DNA from: an uncultured Rickettsiaceae bacterium
Lineage (GTDB): Bacteria > Pseudomonadota > Alphaproteobacteria > Rickettsiales > UBA6187
Assembly: GCA_964580525.1 (NCBI GenBank)
Contig: CAZOKN010000008.1
Coordinates: 1-54,050, forward strand
DNA length: 54,050 nucleotides
Reading direction: 5' to 3'
Positions 39,109-48,171 of the stretch are shown here, piece after piece. The notes beneath the pieces are model-generated. The model worked only from the letters and a program-made list of their open reading frames with translations, ran no database searches and was not told the DNA's origin. Made by a program: the position numbers and the translations under genes. Within the stretch, counting starts at the first letter, position 1. Each line of letters begins with the position of its first letter.

Positions 39109-40095
39109 ATGAAAAAGCTGTTTAAAGGCAGAAAATTTTTCTCAAAAGGCTTCTCGTTAACCGAGCTGTCAGTTTCTCTTGTTATTGTTGGAACCATTGC
39201 CGCAAGCGCTATTTCTATGGCTGTTTCCAATGACCGTTATAATAAAACCAGGGAAACAAATGACAAAATGGACAGAATAGAGGAAGCACTCACCGGATTC
39301 GTTACGCTTAACCTTAGAATGCCATGTCCTGCAGATGGTACGTTAGCAATCACCAATGCAAGTTTTGGATTAGAAGGAACACCAACAACTACTTCCTGCC
39401 CAAATGCTAATTTCAACTATGGAGCAAATGGTACAAAAATATCCGGAGGAGTTGTGCCGGTTAGAAGCCTGCAATTGCCAGATGATTATATGTTTGATGG
39501 TTGGGGCAGAAGATTTACTTATGTAGTTAACGTATACGCAGCAAATAACGTTATTACCAACACAAATTGTTATACAGATTATTTTTGTTTTGTTGGGGTA
39601 TGGAACATGTCCATAACTATCAATTTTGCTGGAGGCAGCACATCAAGCCCACAAGATATAATATATGTTTTAATGAGTCATGGCGAGAATGGTCACGGTG
39701 CTTATCCTAAAAATGGTGGATCTACCAGAGTGAATGGCTTTCCGGTTGGTAACCCATATCGCTCCGGTTCTGCTGCAGAACTTGAAAATGGTGAGCTTGA
39801 TACAGCTGGATCTGCCACAGCTTTTGATAACATATTTGTTCAGAAAGATTTTGTGAAAAAAGATGATACAACCCTGGCTGCTGGTAGTAGGGAATATTTT
39901 GATGATATTGTTAGATATAAAGACCATTCGCAAATAGTCTATTCTACAGGGAATGTATGGTACAATTTATTTTGTCCGATATCCAAAATAGCTCTGGAAA
40001 CACAGAATACTTCTTCTAATGACTGTACCGGAGTATCGGATGAATCTATGTGCGAGTCTTTCATGACAGAAGTATATAGTCGATGTTTGCGTTAA
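39109..40095 (+). CDS. large prepilin-type (type IV pilin / T2SS GspG-like pseudopilin) protein, paralog 1
   Basis: Class III signal MKKLFKGRKFFSKG/FSLTELSVSLVIVGTIAA (G-1, F+1, E+5). GspG-like DGWGRRFTYV...SHGENGHGA motif. About 10 Cys. 328 aa. Confidence 0.8.
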   Translation: MKKLFKGRKFFSKGFSLTELSVSLVIVGTIAASAISMAVSNDRYNKTRETNDKMDRIEEALTGFVTLNLRMPCPADGTLAITNASFGLEGTPTTTSCPNANFNYGANGTKISGGVVPVRSLQLPDDYMFDGWGRRFTYVVNVYAANNVITNTNCYTDYFCFVGVWNMSITINFAGGSTSSPQDIIYVLMSHGENGHGAYPKNGGSTRVNGFPVGNPYRSGSAAELENGELDTAGSATAFDNIFVQKDFVKKDDTTLAAGSREYFDDIVRYKDHSQIVYSTGNVWYNLFCPISKIALETQNTSSNDCTGVSDESMCESFMTEVYSRCLR

Positions 40096-40124
40096 AAAGA
40101 TATTTGGATTCAGGAATAATTTTT

Positions 40125-41048
40125 ATGAATAATTGTAAAAATAGCAAAAAAAATATCAAGGGATTCTCACTTGTAGAACTTTCAGTGGTGTTGACTGTTA
40201 TAGGTGTCACTTTAAGTGGTGCGTTGACTTTAGCTATTCAAAAAACAGAATCTGATAAAATAGCTGAAACCAATAAAAAAATGGATGCCATTGAAAAAGC
40301 TCTGGAATTATATCTAATACCATATTGGGGGCTATCTTTTGTTTGTCCTGCAGATGGAACCCTAACCACTGCAAGCAGCTCTTATGGCGTTGCGGGAACA
40401 GCTTCTTCAACTGGCTGTGCAAACAATAACTTCAATAATAGCGGTAGCGGTGGTAATGTATATGCGGGAGTTGTTCCTGTGAAGACATTATTTTTGCCCG
40501 ATGATTATATGTTTGATGGTTGGGGCAGAAAATTTACATTCGTAATAGACTATAGATTTGCTAATAACCGCTGGACAAATGCTGCCTGCAACGTGGGCAA
40601 ACCTGCTGGAGCTGTAGCGTGCTTCAAATATACATCTAATGGTTCTATACAGATTAATGACTCAACAGGCACAGCAATAACAACTACGGCTGTTTACGTA
40701 TTAATTAGCCATGGAAAGAATGGTAATGGTGCATGGAAACATGATGTTGGTTCAAGGTTGGCTGCTTCTGCAGATGCTGGTGAGATGAGCAATGCCGGTA
40801 ATGATTCAGGTGCTTTCGATAATATATTTGTACAGAAAGATACTACCAGTACTTTTGATGATATTGTTAGATATAAAACAAAAACCAATATTTTATCCAG
40901 CGCAAACGCAGTAACAGATTCCGCTATATGCAATGCTGCAAATGGCCAGGTATATAGCACTATAAGCCCACTTCCATGTGCTGGTGCTCCAAACACAAAT
41001 TGTGCAAATATGGCCGGATATATAGACATAATGTGTGCGGATATGTAA
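40125..41048 (+). CDS. large prepilin-type (GspG-like pseudopilin) protein, paralog 2
   Basis: MNNCKNSKKNIKG/FSLVELSVVLTVIGV class III signal. It shares the CPADGTL, GVVPV..L.LPDDYMFDGWGR.FT, SHG.NG.GA, FDNIFVQKD and FDDIVRYK blocks with paralog 1. The track start at 40083 overlaps paralog 1, so ATG 40125 is preferred. Confidence 0.8.
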   Translation: MNNCKNSKKNIKGFSLVELSVVLTVIGVTLSGALTLAIQKTESDKIAETNKKMDAIEKALELYLIPYWGLSFVCPADGTLTTASSSYGVAGTASSTGCANNNFNNSGSGGNVYAGVVPVKTLFLPDDYMFDGWGRKFTFVIDYRFANNRWTNAACNVGKPAGAVACFKYTSNGSIQINDSTGTAITTTAVYVLISHGKNGNGAWKHDVGSRLAASADAGEMSNAGNDSGAFDNIFVQKDTTSTFDDIVRYKTKTNILSSANAVTDSAICNAANGQVYSTISPLPCAGAPNTNCANMAGYIDIMCADM

Positions 41049-41049
41049 T

Positions 41050-41661
41050 CTACTTACCAAGAACAGTAAAAATTTGATCGCTTGTTATATTGCCCTGCCT
41101 TACTATAATAGCCTTCTCTCCTGATAAATCGATAATAGTTGAAGCCAGGCCAATATCACATTTGCCACCATCTATTAGGTATAAATCATCCTCTCCAAAA
41201 TAACTTCTAACCATCTGGGCATCTGTAGCTTCCGGAGATCCTGAAATATTAGTGCTCGTTGCTGCAACAAAGCATCCGGCTTCCTCTAAAATATCCAGCG
41301 CAATTTTATTATCGGGAATACGCACTGCAATAGTACTGCCATCAGGATTAATGTTTTTTGCAACAGAGGTTCTTGGTATTTTCGGTAATATCAAAGTCAG
41401 CGGTCCCGGAGAAAAAGCTGAAAAAAGTTTTTCTGCTCGCTTATCAACTAAAGCTACTTTTTCTGCATCTGTAATATTTTTTACAAGTAAGGCTAATGGT
41501 TTTTTGAAATCACGTCCCTTTAATTTATATATACCATATATTGATTCTGCATTTTCAGCATTTGCTGCCAGCGCATAAACCGTTTCAGTAGGGAAGCAAA
41601 CAATTTTGCCCGTTTTGATTAATCTCGCTGCTTGTTTTATGTCGTCACTCATGCTATACAA
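41050..41661 (-). CDS. tsaC: L-threonylcarbamoyladenylate synthase (TsaC/YrdC family)
   Basis: 203-aa YrdC domain: IVCFPTETVYALAANA, LKGRDFKKPLALLV, PGPLTLIL, AVRIP and SGSPEAT. Confidence 0.8.
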   Translation of the reverse strand: MYSMSDDIKQAARLIKTGKIVCFPTETVYALAANAENAESIYGIYKLKGRDFKKPLALLVKNITDAEKVALVDKRAEKLFSAFSPGPLTLILPKIPRTSVAKNINPDGSTIAVRIPDNKIALDILEEAGCFVAATSTNISGSPEATDAQMVRSYFGEDDLYLIDGGKCDIGLASTIIDLSGEKAIIVRQGNITSDQIFTVLGK

Positions 41662-41701
41662 CTATTAGTTAAAATGATTTAACTTATTTCGGGTTCAAGT
41701 T

Positions 41702-42361
41702 ATGACATCATACAAAGTTATCACAATAGCTCAACAAAAAGGCGGCGCTGGCAAAACAACAATAGCAGCACATCTAGCAACAGCTTTTAGCCAACGTGGC
41801 AAGCGTGTTGCAATAATCGATATAGATCCACAAGGCAGTCTGACACAATGGCATAATATGCGCGAAGAAGAATTCGGCAAGGATTATACAGGTATGCGCC
41901 TGGTTACAGTATCCGGATGGAGATTGCCTAGCGAGATTAATATGATAAGACGCGAAGTCGACATTATCATAGTTGATAGTCCTCCACACATTCAAACAGA
42001 AACTAAAACGGCTATACGTAACTCTGACCTTGTGATAATTCCAGTTCAACCAAGCCCGATGGATTTATGGGCAACAAATTCCACTTTGGAATTAGCTGTT
42101 ACTGAGCGTATACCACACAGAGTTTTAATGAATCGTGTTGTGGCTAATTCTAAACTTTCCAAAGATATGGAGAAAAAATTCTCTAACCTGATGGATACAA
42201 AAATCGCCAACCGGATTTCCTTTGCAAGCTCTATGCTCGAGGGCAAATGTATCACGGAAGTTTCTCCTTCCAGCCCTGGCGCAATTGAAATAAAAGACTT
42301 GCTGAAAGAAGTGACAGGCCTGCTCTTCCCATCCACGAAGAACAAGGAAGAGGCGGCTTAG
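41702..42361 (+). CDS. ParA/MinD-family P-loop ATPase (orphan, no parB adjacent)
   Basis: ITIAQQKGGAGKTTIAAHLA deviant Walker A, with IIDIDPQGS and IIVDSPP motifs. Confidence 0.75.
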   Translation: MTSYKVITIAQQKGGAGKTTIAAHLATAFSQRGKRVAIIDIDPQGSLTQWHNMREEEFGKDYTGMRLVTVSGWRLPSEINMIRREVDIIIVDSPPHIQTETKTAIRNSDLVIIPVQPSPMDLWATNSTLELAVTERIPHRVLMNRVVANSKLSKDMEKKFSNLMDTKIANRISFASSMLEGKCITEVSPSSPGAIEIKDLLKEVTGLLFPSTKNKEEAA

Positions 42362-43167
42362 GTATCCAGCATAATCACCGATAGATTCCTGCCATAATCA
42401 CCTTCATTATTAAGGCATGAGCGACGATAGCTAAAAAAACTTTCCTTGTCAGAACAAGTATCCAGGCCTACATCTGTAACTTGTTTTAGACCCATATTAT
42501 TTAAGCGTGATGCCACATAAGCAGGTAAGTCGAACATATAATGATCATCTTTCTTGGAAGGAATAAAAAAAACTGAATTATCACTGCTAAATTCTAAGAA
42601 TCTATCATAAAATTCTGCACCAACTTCATAGGATTTTTGCCTGATAGTGGGACCAATAACGGCTTTTATATTATCCTGTCTGGAACCCAGCCTTACCATT
42701 TCCGCAACTGTATTTTCTAATATGCCACCACATGCCCCCTTCCATCCTGCATGCGCCGCTCCGATTATTTTTGCATTCTCATCCGAAAACAAAACCGGTG
42801 TACAATCCGCCGTTAATATTCCAAGTACCATTCCAGGTTTATTAGTTACTAGAGCATCAGCCTGCGGCCTTTCTTCAAATTTATCAATGATGGTCACAAC
42901 TTTATTGCTATGAATTTGATATAGAGTATGTAGATTTTCTGAATCAACAATTTCAGCGTTAGTAAAAGTATTTACTGCAATATCACGGTTTTTCTTAACA
43001 TTGTCAGGATTATCTTTTGAACCAGGACCACAATTTAATGAAGAATATATCCCCTCGCTAACACCTCCGATTCTTTTAAAAAATCCGTGACGTATTTTAC
43101 TGTTATTGCCAAATTTTTGACAGGTAATTATCTCAGGCTTGGTTAATGTTTTTGTTTGTGTTGTCAT
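42358..43167 (-). CDS. pgeF: peptidoglycan editing factor PgeF (YfiH / laccase-domain protein)
   Basis: HGFFKRIGGVSEGIYSSLN, QIHSNKV, ADALVT, LTADCTPVL, AHAGWKG and a C-terminal CT...FFSYRR are the DUF152/YfiH motifs. Confidence 0.85.
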   Translation of the reverse strand: MTTQTKTLTKPEIITCQKFGNNSKIRHGFFKRIGGVSEGIYSSLNCGPGSKDNPDNVKKNRDIAVNTFTNAEIVDSENLHTLYQIHSNKVVTIIDKFEERPQADALVTNKPGMVLGILTADCTPVLFSDENAKIIGAAHAGWKGACGGILENTVAEMVRLGSRQDNIKAVIGPTIRQKSYEVGAEFYDRFLEFSSDNSVFFIPSKKDDHYMFDLPAYVASRLNNMGLKQVTDVGLDTCSDKESFFSYRRSCLNNEGDYGRNLSVIMLDT

Positions 43168-43169
43168 TT

Positions 43170-44249
43170 CTAGAACCCCGCCGGTTTTGGTAATTTGTGG
43201 TTCATAACGGCAAGAACCTTGAACAGACTACCCATTTCCTTAGGATTAATCAATCTGTCTATCGATGAAATTATATCGTTTTTTTGGCTATTATCAGCGT
43301 TGTTCAATAATGTATTTTTTCTTGTTTCAATTCCCATACTAAGCAAAAAATCTCTTTGTGTAGTTAAGTAAGGTGTGATTTTGCAATCACAAGCAGCTTC
43401 TTGTAAAGCCACAAAATCAACATGCGCAGTAATATCAGCCTCACCAGGATTTTCCAGAACAGGGTGATAGCTATGGTTTTTAACTGCCTGCAGAGTATTT
43501 TCATAGCCATATTTATCATAACCATAATCAATGATAAGTCCTGCACCACCTTTGCTGTGTATTAGCTTAGACAATTCTTTGAATATAGTTATAGCAGCAG
43601 GACATGTCTCAACAAAAGAACCATCATCCGCATTAGGATGCTTCAAATCGATAACACGATTAATAGCTTCTTTCTGAGTAAGTAAAAATTTTAGATATTT
43701 ATCACTGGCAAAAGATATGACACGTTCACACCATTTACCATTTTGCTTCACATATTGATGAATTGGCAACGCGTCGAAAAATTCGTTAGCGATTATTATA
43801 CAAGGCTTATCTGTTGGCAAATGTTCTATCTTATTAATCCAGGTAATTTTTCTGGCATAAGAGCTAAGACAGTTTTTCTGGATTTGCTGTAGTTTGCTAC
43901 TGCCCTCAAACATAAAAATGTTCATCGCAGCATGCAAACCCGAAATGTTTTTTGTTCCACGCAATAAATCATGCATCAATGTCCCACGGCCTGGCCCTAA
44001 TTCAACTAGATTAAAATCAGATGGCATTCCCATTTGCTGCCAGCTATGAGCACACCATATTCCAATCAACTCACCAAAAACCTGGCTAATTTCTGGCGAA
44101 GTTACAAAATCTCCCGCCTTACCAAAAGGTGAAGTTTTTTGATAATAGCCATGCTCGTGATTCATTAAAGCTTCCGCCATAAATTCTGCGATATTTATGC
44201 TACCACCATTTTTTTCAATAAGTTTTATAAGGTGTGAATTAAGCGGCAT
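43170..44249 (-). CDS. SAM-dependent methyltransferase, MidA/NDUFAF7 (DUF185) family
   Basis: GDFVTSPEISQVFGELIG, LVELGPGRGTLM, ANEFFDALP and IDYG motifs. The lgt-midA-pgeF order is typical of alphaproteobacteria. Confidence 0.75.
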   Translation of the reverse strand: MPLNSHLIKLIEKNGGSINIAEFMAEALMNHEHGYYQKTSPFGKAGDFVTSPEISQVFGELIGIWCAHSWQQMGMPSDFNLVELGPGRGTLMHDLLRGTKNISGLHAAMNIFMFEGSSKLQQIQKNCLSSYARKITWINKIEHLPTDKPCIIIANEFFDALPIHQYVKQNGKWCERVISFASDKYLKFLLTQKEAINRVIDLKHPNADDGSFVETCPAAITIFKELSKLIHSKGGAGLIIDYGYDKYGYENTLQAVKNHSYHPVLENPGEADITAHVDFVALQEAACDCKITPYLTTQRDFLLSMGIETRKNTLLNNADNSQKNDIISSIDRLINPKEMGSLFKVLAVMNHKLPKPAGF

Positions 44250-45033
44250 TGTTTATTTTCACTTTTCTTAACAGCATAAAAATACCTAATAACAACATAG
44301 GCATTGAAAGCATTTGTCCAGTTGTTATGTGATAAAATAAAAATCCTATTTGCTCGTCCGGTTCGCGGAAATTTTCCAGAAACATGCGTGACAAACCATA
44401 CCAGCAAAGGAATATGCCAGATAACCTTCCTGTGTATGATTTTATATTTGTATATTTAGTTAGCAAAAACATTACTGAAAACAACAATAAACCTTCCAGA
44501 GTTGCTTCAAATAGCTGACTTGGATAGCGCGGTAATGGCCCACCATTTGGGAAAATCATGCCTAAAGAGGAGTCTGTCACTCGGCCATATAATTCACCAT
44601 TAATGAAATTTGCCAGACGACCAAAGAACAGCCCAATAGGAGTTACACAAGCCGCCAAATCTAATAAAGAAAGAACATTAATTTTATATTTACGGCAGAA
44701 AATTGAAGTTGCCGCTATAAAACCAAGTAAGCCGCCATGAAATGACATGCCTCCTTGCCACACTTTTAAAGCATCAATCGGATTTTCTAGATAGAATGGC
44801 AGATTATAAAATAAGACGTAACCAATTCTACCGCCTAAAATTATACCAAATATAACCCAGACCATAAAATCATCAGAAACTTTCAGATTTTTTATCACTG
44901 GTGGCTTTTTGTTTAATATATCAGCATACCAACAACCACCTACTATACCGATTATATAGGCAACTGAATACCACCTGATAGCTAAGGGACCAATTTCAAG
45001 TATTACAGGATCAATATTGGGGTAGCTTATCAT
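44239..45033 (-). CDS. lgt: prolipoprotein diacylglyceryl transferase
   Basis: IRWYSVAYIIG, GGRIGYVLFYN, GGMSFHGGLLG, FGRLANFINGELYGR and PSQLFEA are Lgt signatures. Confidence 0.95.
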   Translation of the reverse strand: MISYPNIDPVILEIGPLAIRWYSVAYIIGIVGGCWYADILNKKPPVIKNLKVSDDFMVWVIFGIILGGRIGYVLFYNLPFYLENPIDALKVWQGGMSFHGGLLGFIAATSIFCRKYKINVLSLLDLAACVTPIGLFFGRLANFINGELYGRVTDSSLGMIFPNGGPLPRYPSQLFEATLEGLLLFSVMFLLTKYTNIKSYTGRLSGIFLCWYGLSRMFLENFREPDEQIGFLFYHITTGQMLSMPMLLLGIFMLLRKVKINNAA

Positions 45034-45114
45034 TCTTTTTCATCTATACTTGTTGTAATTATATTTTTTTTATCATCTTCTTTGAAACTAATATAAGCAA
45101 GCAAAAGAGGCAAT

Positions 45115-45363
45115 ATGTCAAAGGATAATAAATTTTTTGAGGATTTTGTAAAGTTAGCTGGTTCTGCGATGGACACTGCTTTCAATTCCATGTCAGATAT
45201 GAAAAATCAATTTGAAGAAGCGGTGAGCCATAAAATTGATGAAGTTCTTAAAAAGAGAAATCTTGTAACCAGAGAAGAATTTGAAATAGTAAAAGAAATG
45301 CTTGAGAAAGCACGCCTTGAGCAGGAAAAACTAAAAAAGAAAATTAAAGATCTGGAACAATAA
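45115..45363 (+). CDS. ubiK: UbiK/YqiC (BMFP) family accessory factor
   Basis: 82-aa coiled-coil protein. NLVTREEFEIVKEMLEKARLEQEKL parallels E. coli YqiC (LVSREEFDVQ...). Confidence 0.65.
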   Translation: MSKDNKFFEDFVKLAGSAMDTAFNSMSDMKNQFEEAVSHKIDEVLKKRNLVTREEFEIVKEMLEKARLEQEKLKKKIKDLEQ

Positions 45364-46181
45364 TGATTAATGAAAGCGTTTTATTGGTTGGATGTGGCAG
45401 AATGGGCAGTGCCCTTCTTGAAGGTTTCCTTGGTAGAGTTCCAGCTCACAAAATGACTGTCGTTGAACCAAGCGCTGAAACAGCAAAAATTCTCAAAGAA
45501 ACTTACGGCGTTAACGTTGTTAAAGGCATTAATGAAACTTTTTTTGATATAAGCGAATTTAACGTTGTTATATTTGCTGTAAAACCACAGATAATAGAAT
45601 CTATCATGCCGTTTTTTAAGCATGACAATCTAAAAAGTAGCCTTTTCATTTCAATAGCTGCAGGAAAAACCATAGGATTTTTTGAAAAATTCCTTGGTAA
45701 AAAAGCAAAAATTATTAGAACCATGCCCAACTTGCCAGCAATTGTGAAAGAAGGAGCAACCGTTGCAGTTGCCAATAAAAATGTTGATAAAGAGTCGAAA
45801 GAACGTGCCTCTAAATTATTTTCATCTGTGGGAGAATTCTTTTGGATTAAGGATGAAAAATTGCTTGATGCAGTAACAGCAATATCAGGCAGCGGCCCTG
45901 CCTATGTTTTTCACTTTATGGAATGTTTAATAGAATCCGCAATTAAACTAGGCCTGCCAAAAGATTTGGCAAAATCATTAGCCTATTCAACTGTTATGGG
46001 TAGCGCCAAATTAGCCAAAACTTCTGACAAGAACGTAAATGATTTGAAAGTTCAGGTCACAAGCCCAGGTGGCACAACCGAAGCTGCACTAAAAGTATTA
46101 GAAGGCAAAAACGGCCTTGGCCAACTAATGAACGAAGCAACTTCTTCTGCCTGTAAGCGTTCTAAAGAATTAGCAGCTTAA
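45363..46181 (+). CDS. proC: pyrroline-5-carboxylate reductase
   Basis: LVGCGRMGSAL Rossmann motif, RTMPNLPA, AISGSGPAYVF and VTSPGGTTEAAL signature. Confidence 0.92.
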   Translation: MINESVLLVGCGRMGSALLEGFLGRVPAHKMTVVEPSAETAKILKETYGVNVVKGINETFFDISEFNVVIFAVKPQIIESIMPFFKHDNLKSSLFISIAAGKTIGFFEKFLGKKAKIIRTMPNLPAIVKEGATVAVANKNVDKESKERASKLFSSVGEFFWIKDEKLLDAVTAISGSGPAYVFHFMECLIESAIKLGLPKDLAKSLAYSTVMGSAKLAKTSDKNVNDLKVQVTSPGGTTEAALKVLEGKNGLGQLMNEATSSACKRSKELAA

Positions 46182-46299
46182 TTTTTTCAATCAAAACACC
46201 AGACAACTACATTCCTTAAAAGAAAAAATGCAGCCTTACGACAATGGAGCAAACAGAACCAACGTCAAGACTGCATTATCCAAAGTAAGTGAAAAATAT

Positions 46300-46572
46300 C
46301 TATTTCACTGCATCTTGCAAAGTTTTACCAGCTTTAAATTTAGCTACATTCTTAGCAGCAATCTTTATTTCTTTGCCAGTTTGTGGGTTACGTCCAGTAC
46401 GCGCTTTACGCTTTGCTTTAGATATAGTTACAAATCCTGGAATAGTAACTTTATCACCTTTTTTAACTGCTTTAGTAACAGCAGCTATAAAAGCATTCAA
46501 AGCGCTCTCTGCATCAACTTTTGAAAGTTCTGCATCTTTTGCAATAGCTGCAACAAGCTCAGTTTTATTCAT
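46300..46572 (-). CDS. hupB: HU family DNA-binding protein
   Basis: MNKTELVAAIA...GFVTISKAKRKARTGRNPQTGKEIKIAAKNVAKFKAGK is the canonical HU/IHF fold sequence. Confidence 0.95.
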   Translation of the reverse strand: MNKTELVAAIAKDAELSKVDAESALNAFIAAVTKAVKKGDKVTIPGFVTISKAKRKARTGRNPQTGKEIKIAAKNVAKFKAGKTLQDAVK

Positions 46573-46751
46573 AAAAAATAACTCCTAATTGAAATTTATA
46601 ATAGCAAACTACACTCTGAAATTTTCCAAAGCAAGTAAAACTCTTGCATTAACTGGAAAAAATCAAATATAGCTTTGTTCATAGCATTAATCTAATGCTA
46701 TGCCTAACATTTTTACAATATTGGAAAAAAATTTAAATACTATTACTGATA

Positions 46752-48164
46752 TTAGCGTACACCGCCACCCAATGCTTTATAAAGATTCACTTGATTAGAG
46801 AACAAACTCTTTTTTGTTTCTATAACATTTTGCTCAGCAATAAATAATGATCGTTGTGCATCCAGAACGCTAAGGAAGCTATCAATACCCTGTTTATATC
46901 TAGCATAAGAAAGATCATAGGTTTCTTTAGTCGCATTAACAAGCTGCCGTCTTGCCTCAAGCTCATCGCTTAATGTTTGAAGAGCCGCAAGCTCATTAGA
47001 TACTTCTTTAAATGCTGTCTGAATAGATTTTTCATATTCAGCAATAGCAATATCTTTTTGCACTTGAGTATATTTTAAATTAGCAGCGTTCTTGCCAGCT
47101 TCAAAAATAGGCATTGTTACACTTGGGGCAAAGCTCCAAGCACCACCCGAGCCTGCAGAAAATAAATTTGAAAGATCACTACTAGCAAAACCATAAGATC
47201 CTGTAAGTGATATGGTTGGAAAGAAAGCAGCCCGTGCAGCACCTATATTGGCATTAGCCGATTGTAGTTCATATTCAGCCTTTTTTACATCCGGCCTTTC
47301 CAATAAAACTTTCGATGGCACATCAACAGGCAATTTCTTTTCAAAAGTAATATCGTCTAATGTTTTTTCATCTAATGAAATATTTTCACTAGAACCCAAC
47401 AACAACTGCAAGGCATTTTCATCTTGCGCAACAAGGCGAGTATAAAGCGCATTATTAGCTTTTGCTGTTTCAACAGCAGTACGCACCTGTGCTACATCAA
47501 GTTTCGAGCCGACACCCTTTGCATAGCTTTTTGAAATAAGTTCATAAGATTTATTCTGTGTCGATAAAGTCTCTTCTGTAACCTTCAGAATTTTACGTTC
47601 TGCCATTAATTGTAAATAAGCATTTGCAGTTTCGGCAATTAAAGCGATCTGAACTGCATCTCTTGCAGATTGTGTTGCAAGATAAGTATCTAAAGCAGCT
47701 TTGTTCTGGCTACGCAATTTACCAAACAAATCCAATTCAAATGCTGTGCTAGCAAGATTAGTTTCATATCTTGAGCTAATATATTCCTGCCCTGTACTAC
47801 TTATATTTTTTGGAATATTTTGTCTGGCACCAGAGGCCTCACCATCAATATGAGGAAGCAGGTCAGAACGCTTAACTCGATATAATTGTCTTGCAGCCTC
47901 AACATTCAAAGCTGCTACTCTCAAATCACGATTATTATCCAGAGCTGTTTGAATAACTTTTTGTAGTTGTGGCAAGGTGAAAAAATCTTTCCAGCCAGTT
48001 TTATCAACTGGTTCAGACTTTTCTTCTGGCGAAATCTGATTAACATTGCTATTCCATTTATCCGCAACAGGAAGAACCGGCCGTGAATATTTTGGCATCA
48101 TAGTACAGCCTTGAAGAAGCAGAAGTGATATCGCCAATATTTGTGTTAATGATTTATTATTCAC
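46752..48164 (-). CDS. RND efflux outer-membrane factor lipoprotein (NodT/OprM family)
   Basis: Lipobox LLLLQGCTM and two OEP repeats (LLPHIDGEA..., FFPTISLTGSYGF...). It is the last gene of the MFP-RND-OMF operon. Confidence 0.9.
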   Translation of the reverse strand: MNNKSLTQILAISLLLLQGCTMMPKYSRPVLPVADKWNSNVNQISPEEKSEPVDKTGWKDFFTLPQLQKVIQTALDNNRDLRVAALNVEAARQLYRVKRSDLLPHIDGEASGARQNIPKNISSTGQEYISSRYETNLASTAFELDLFGKLRSQNKAALDTYLATQSARDAVQIALIAETANAYLQLMAERKILKVTEETLSTQNKSYELISKSYAKGVGSKLDVAQVRTAVETAKANNALYTRLVAQDENALQLLLGSSENISLDEKTLDDITFEKKLPVDVPSKVLLERPDVKKAEYELQSANANIGAARAAFFPTISLTGSYGFASSDLSNLFSAGSGGAWSFAPSVTMPIFEAGKNAANLKYTQVQKDIAIAEYEKSIQTAFKEVSNELAALQTLSDELEARRQLVNATKETYDLSYARYKQGIDSFLSVLDAQRSLFIAEQNVIETKKSLFSNQVNLYKALGGGVR

Positions 48165-48171
48165 TACTCAC

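Noticed and set aside
46228-46588. Two ~98-aa plus-strand ORFs overlapping hupB.
   Set aside because: The minus-strand frame encodes a canonical HU protein, so the plus-strand frames are antisense artefacts.
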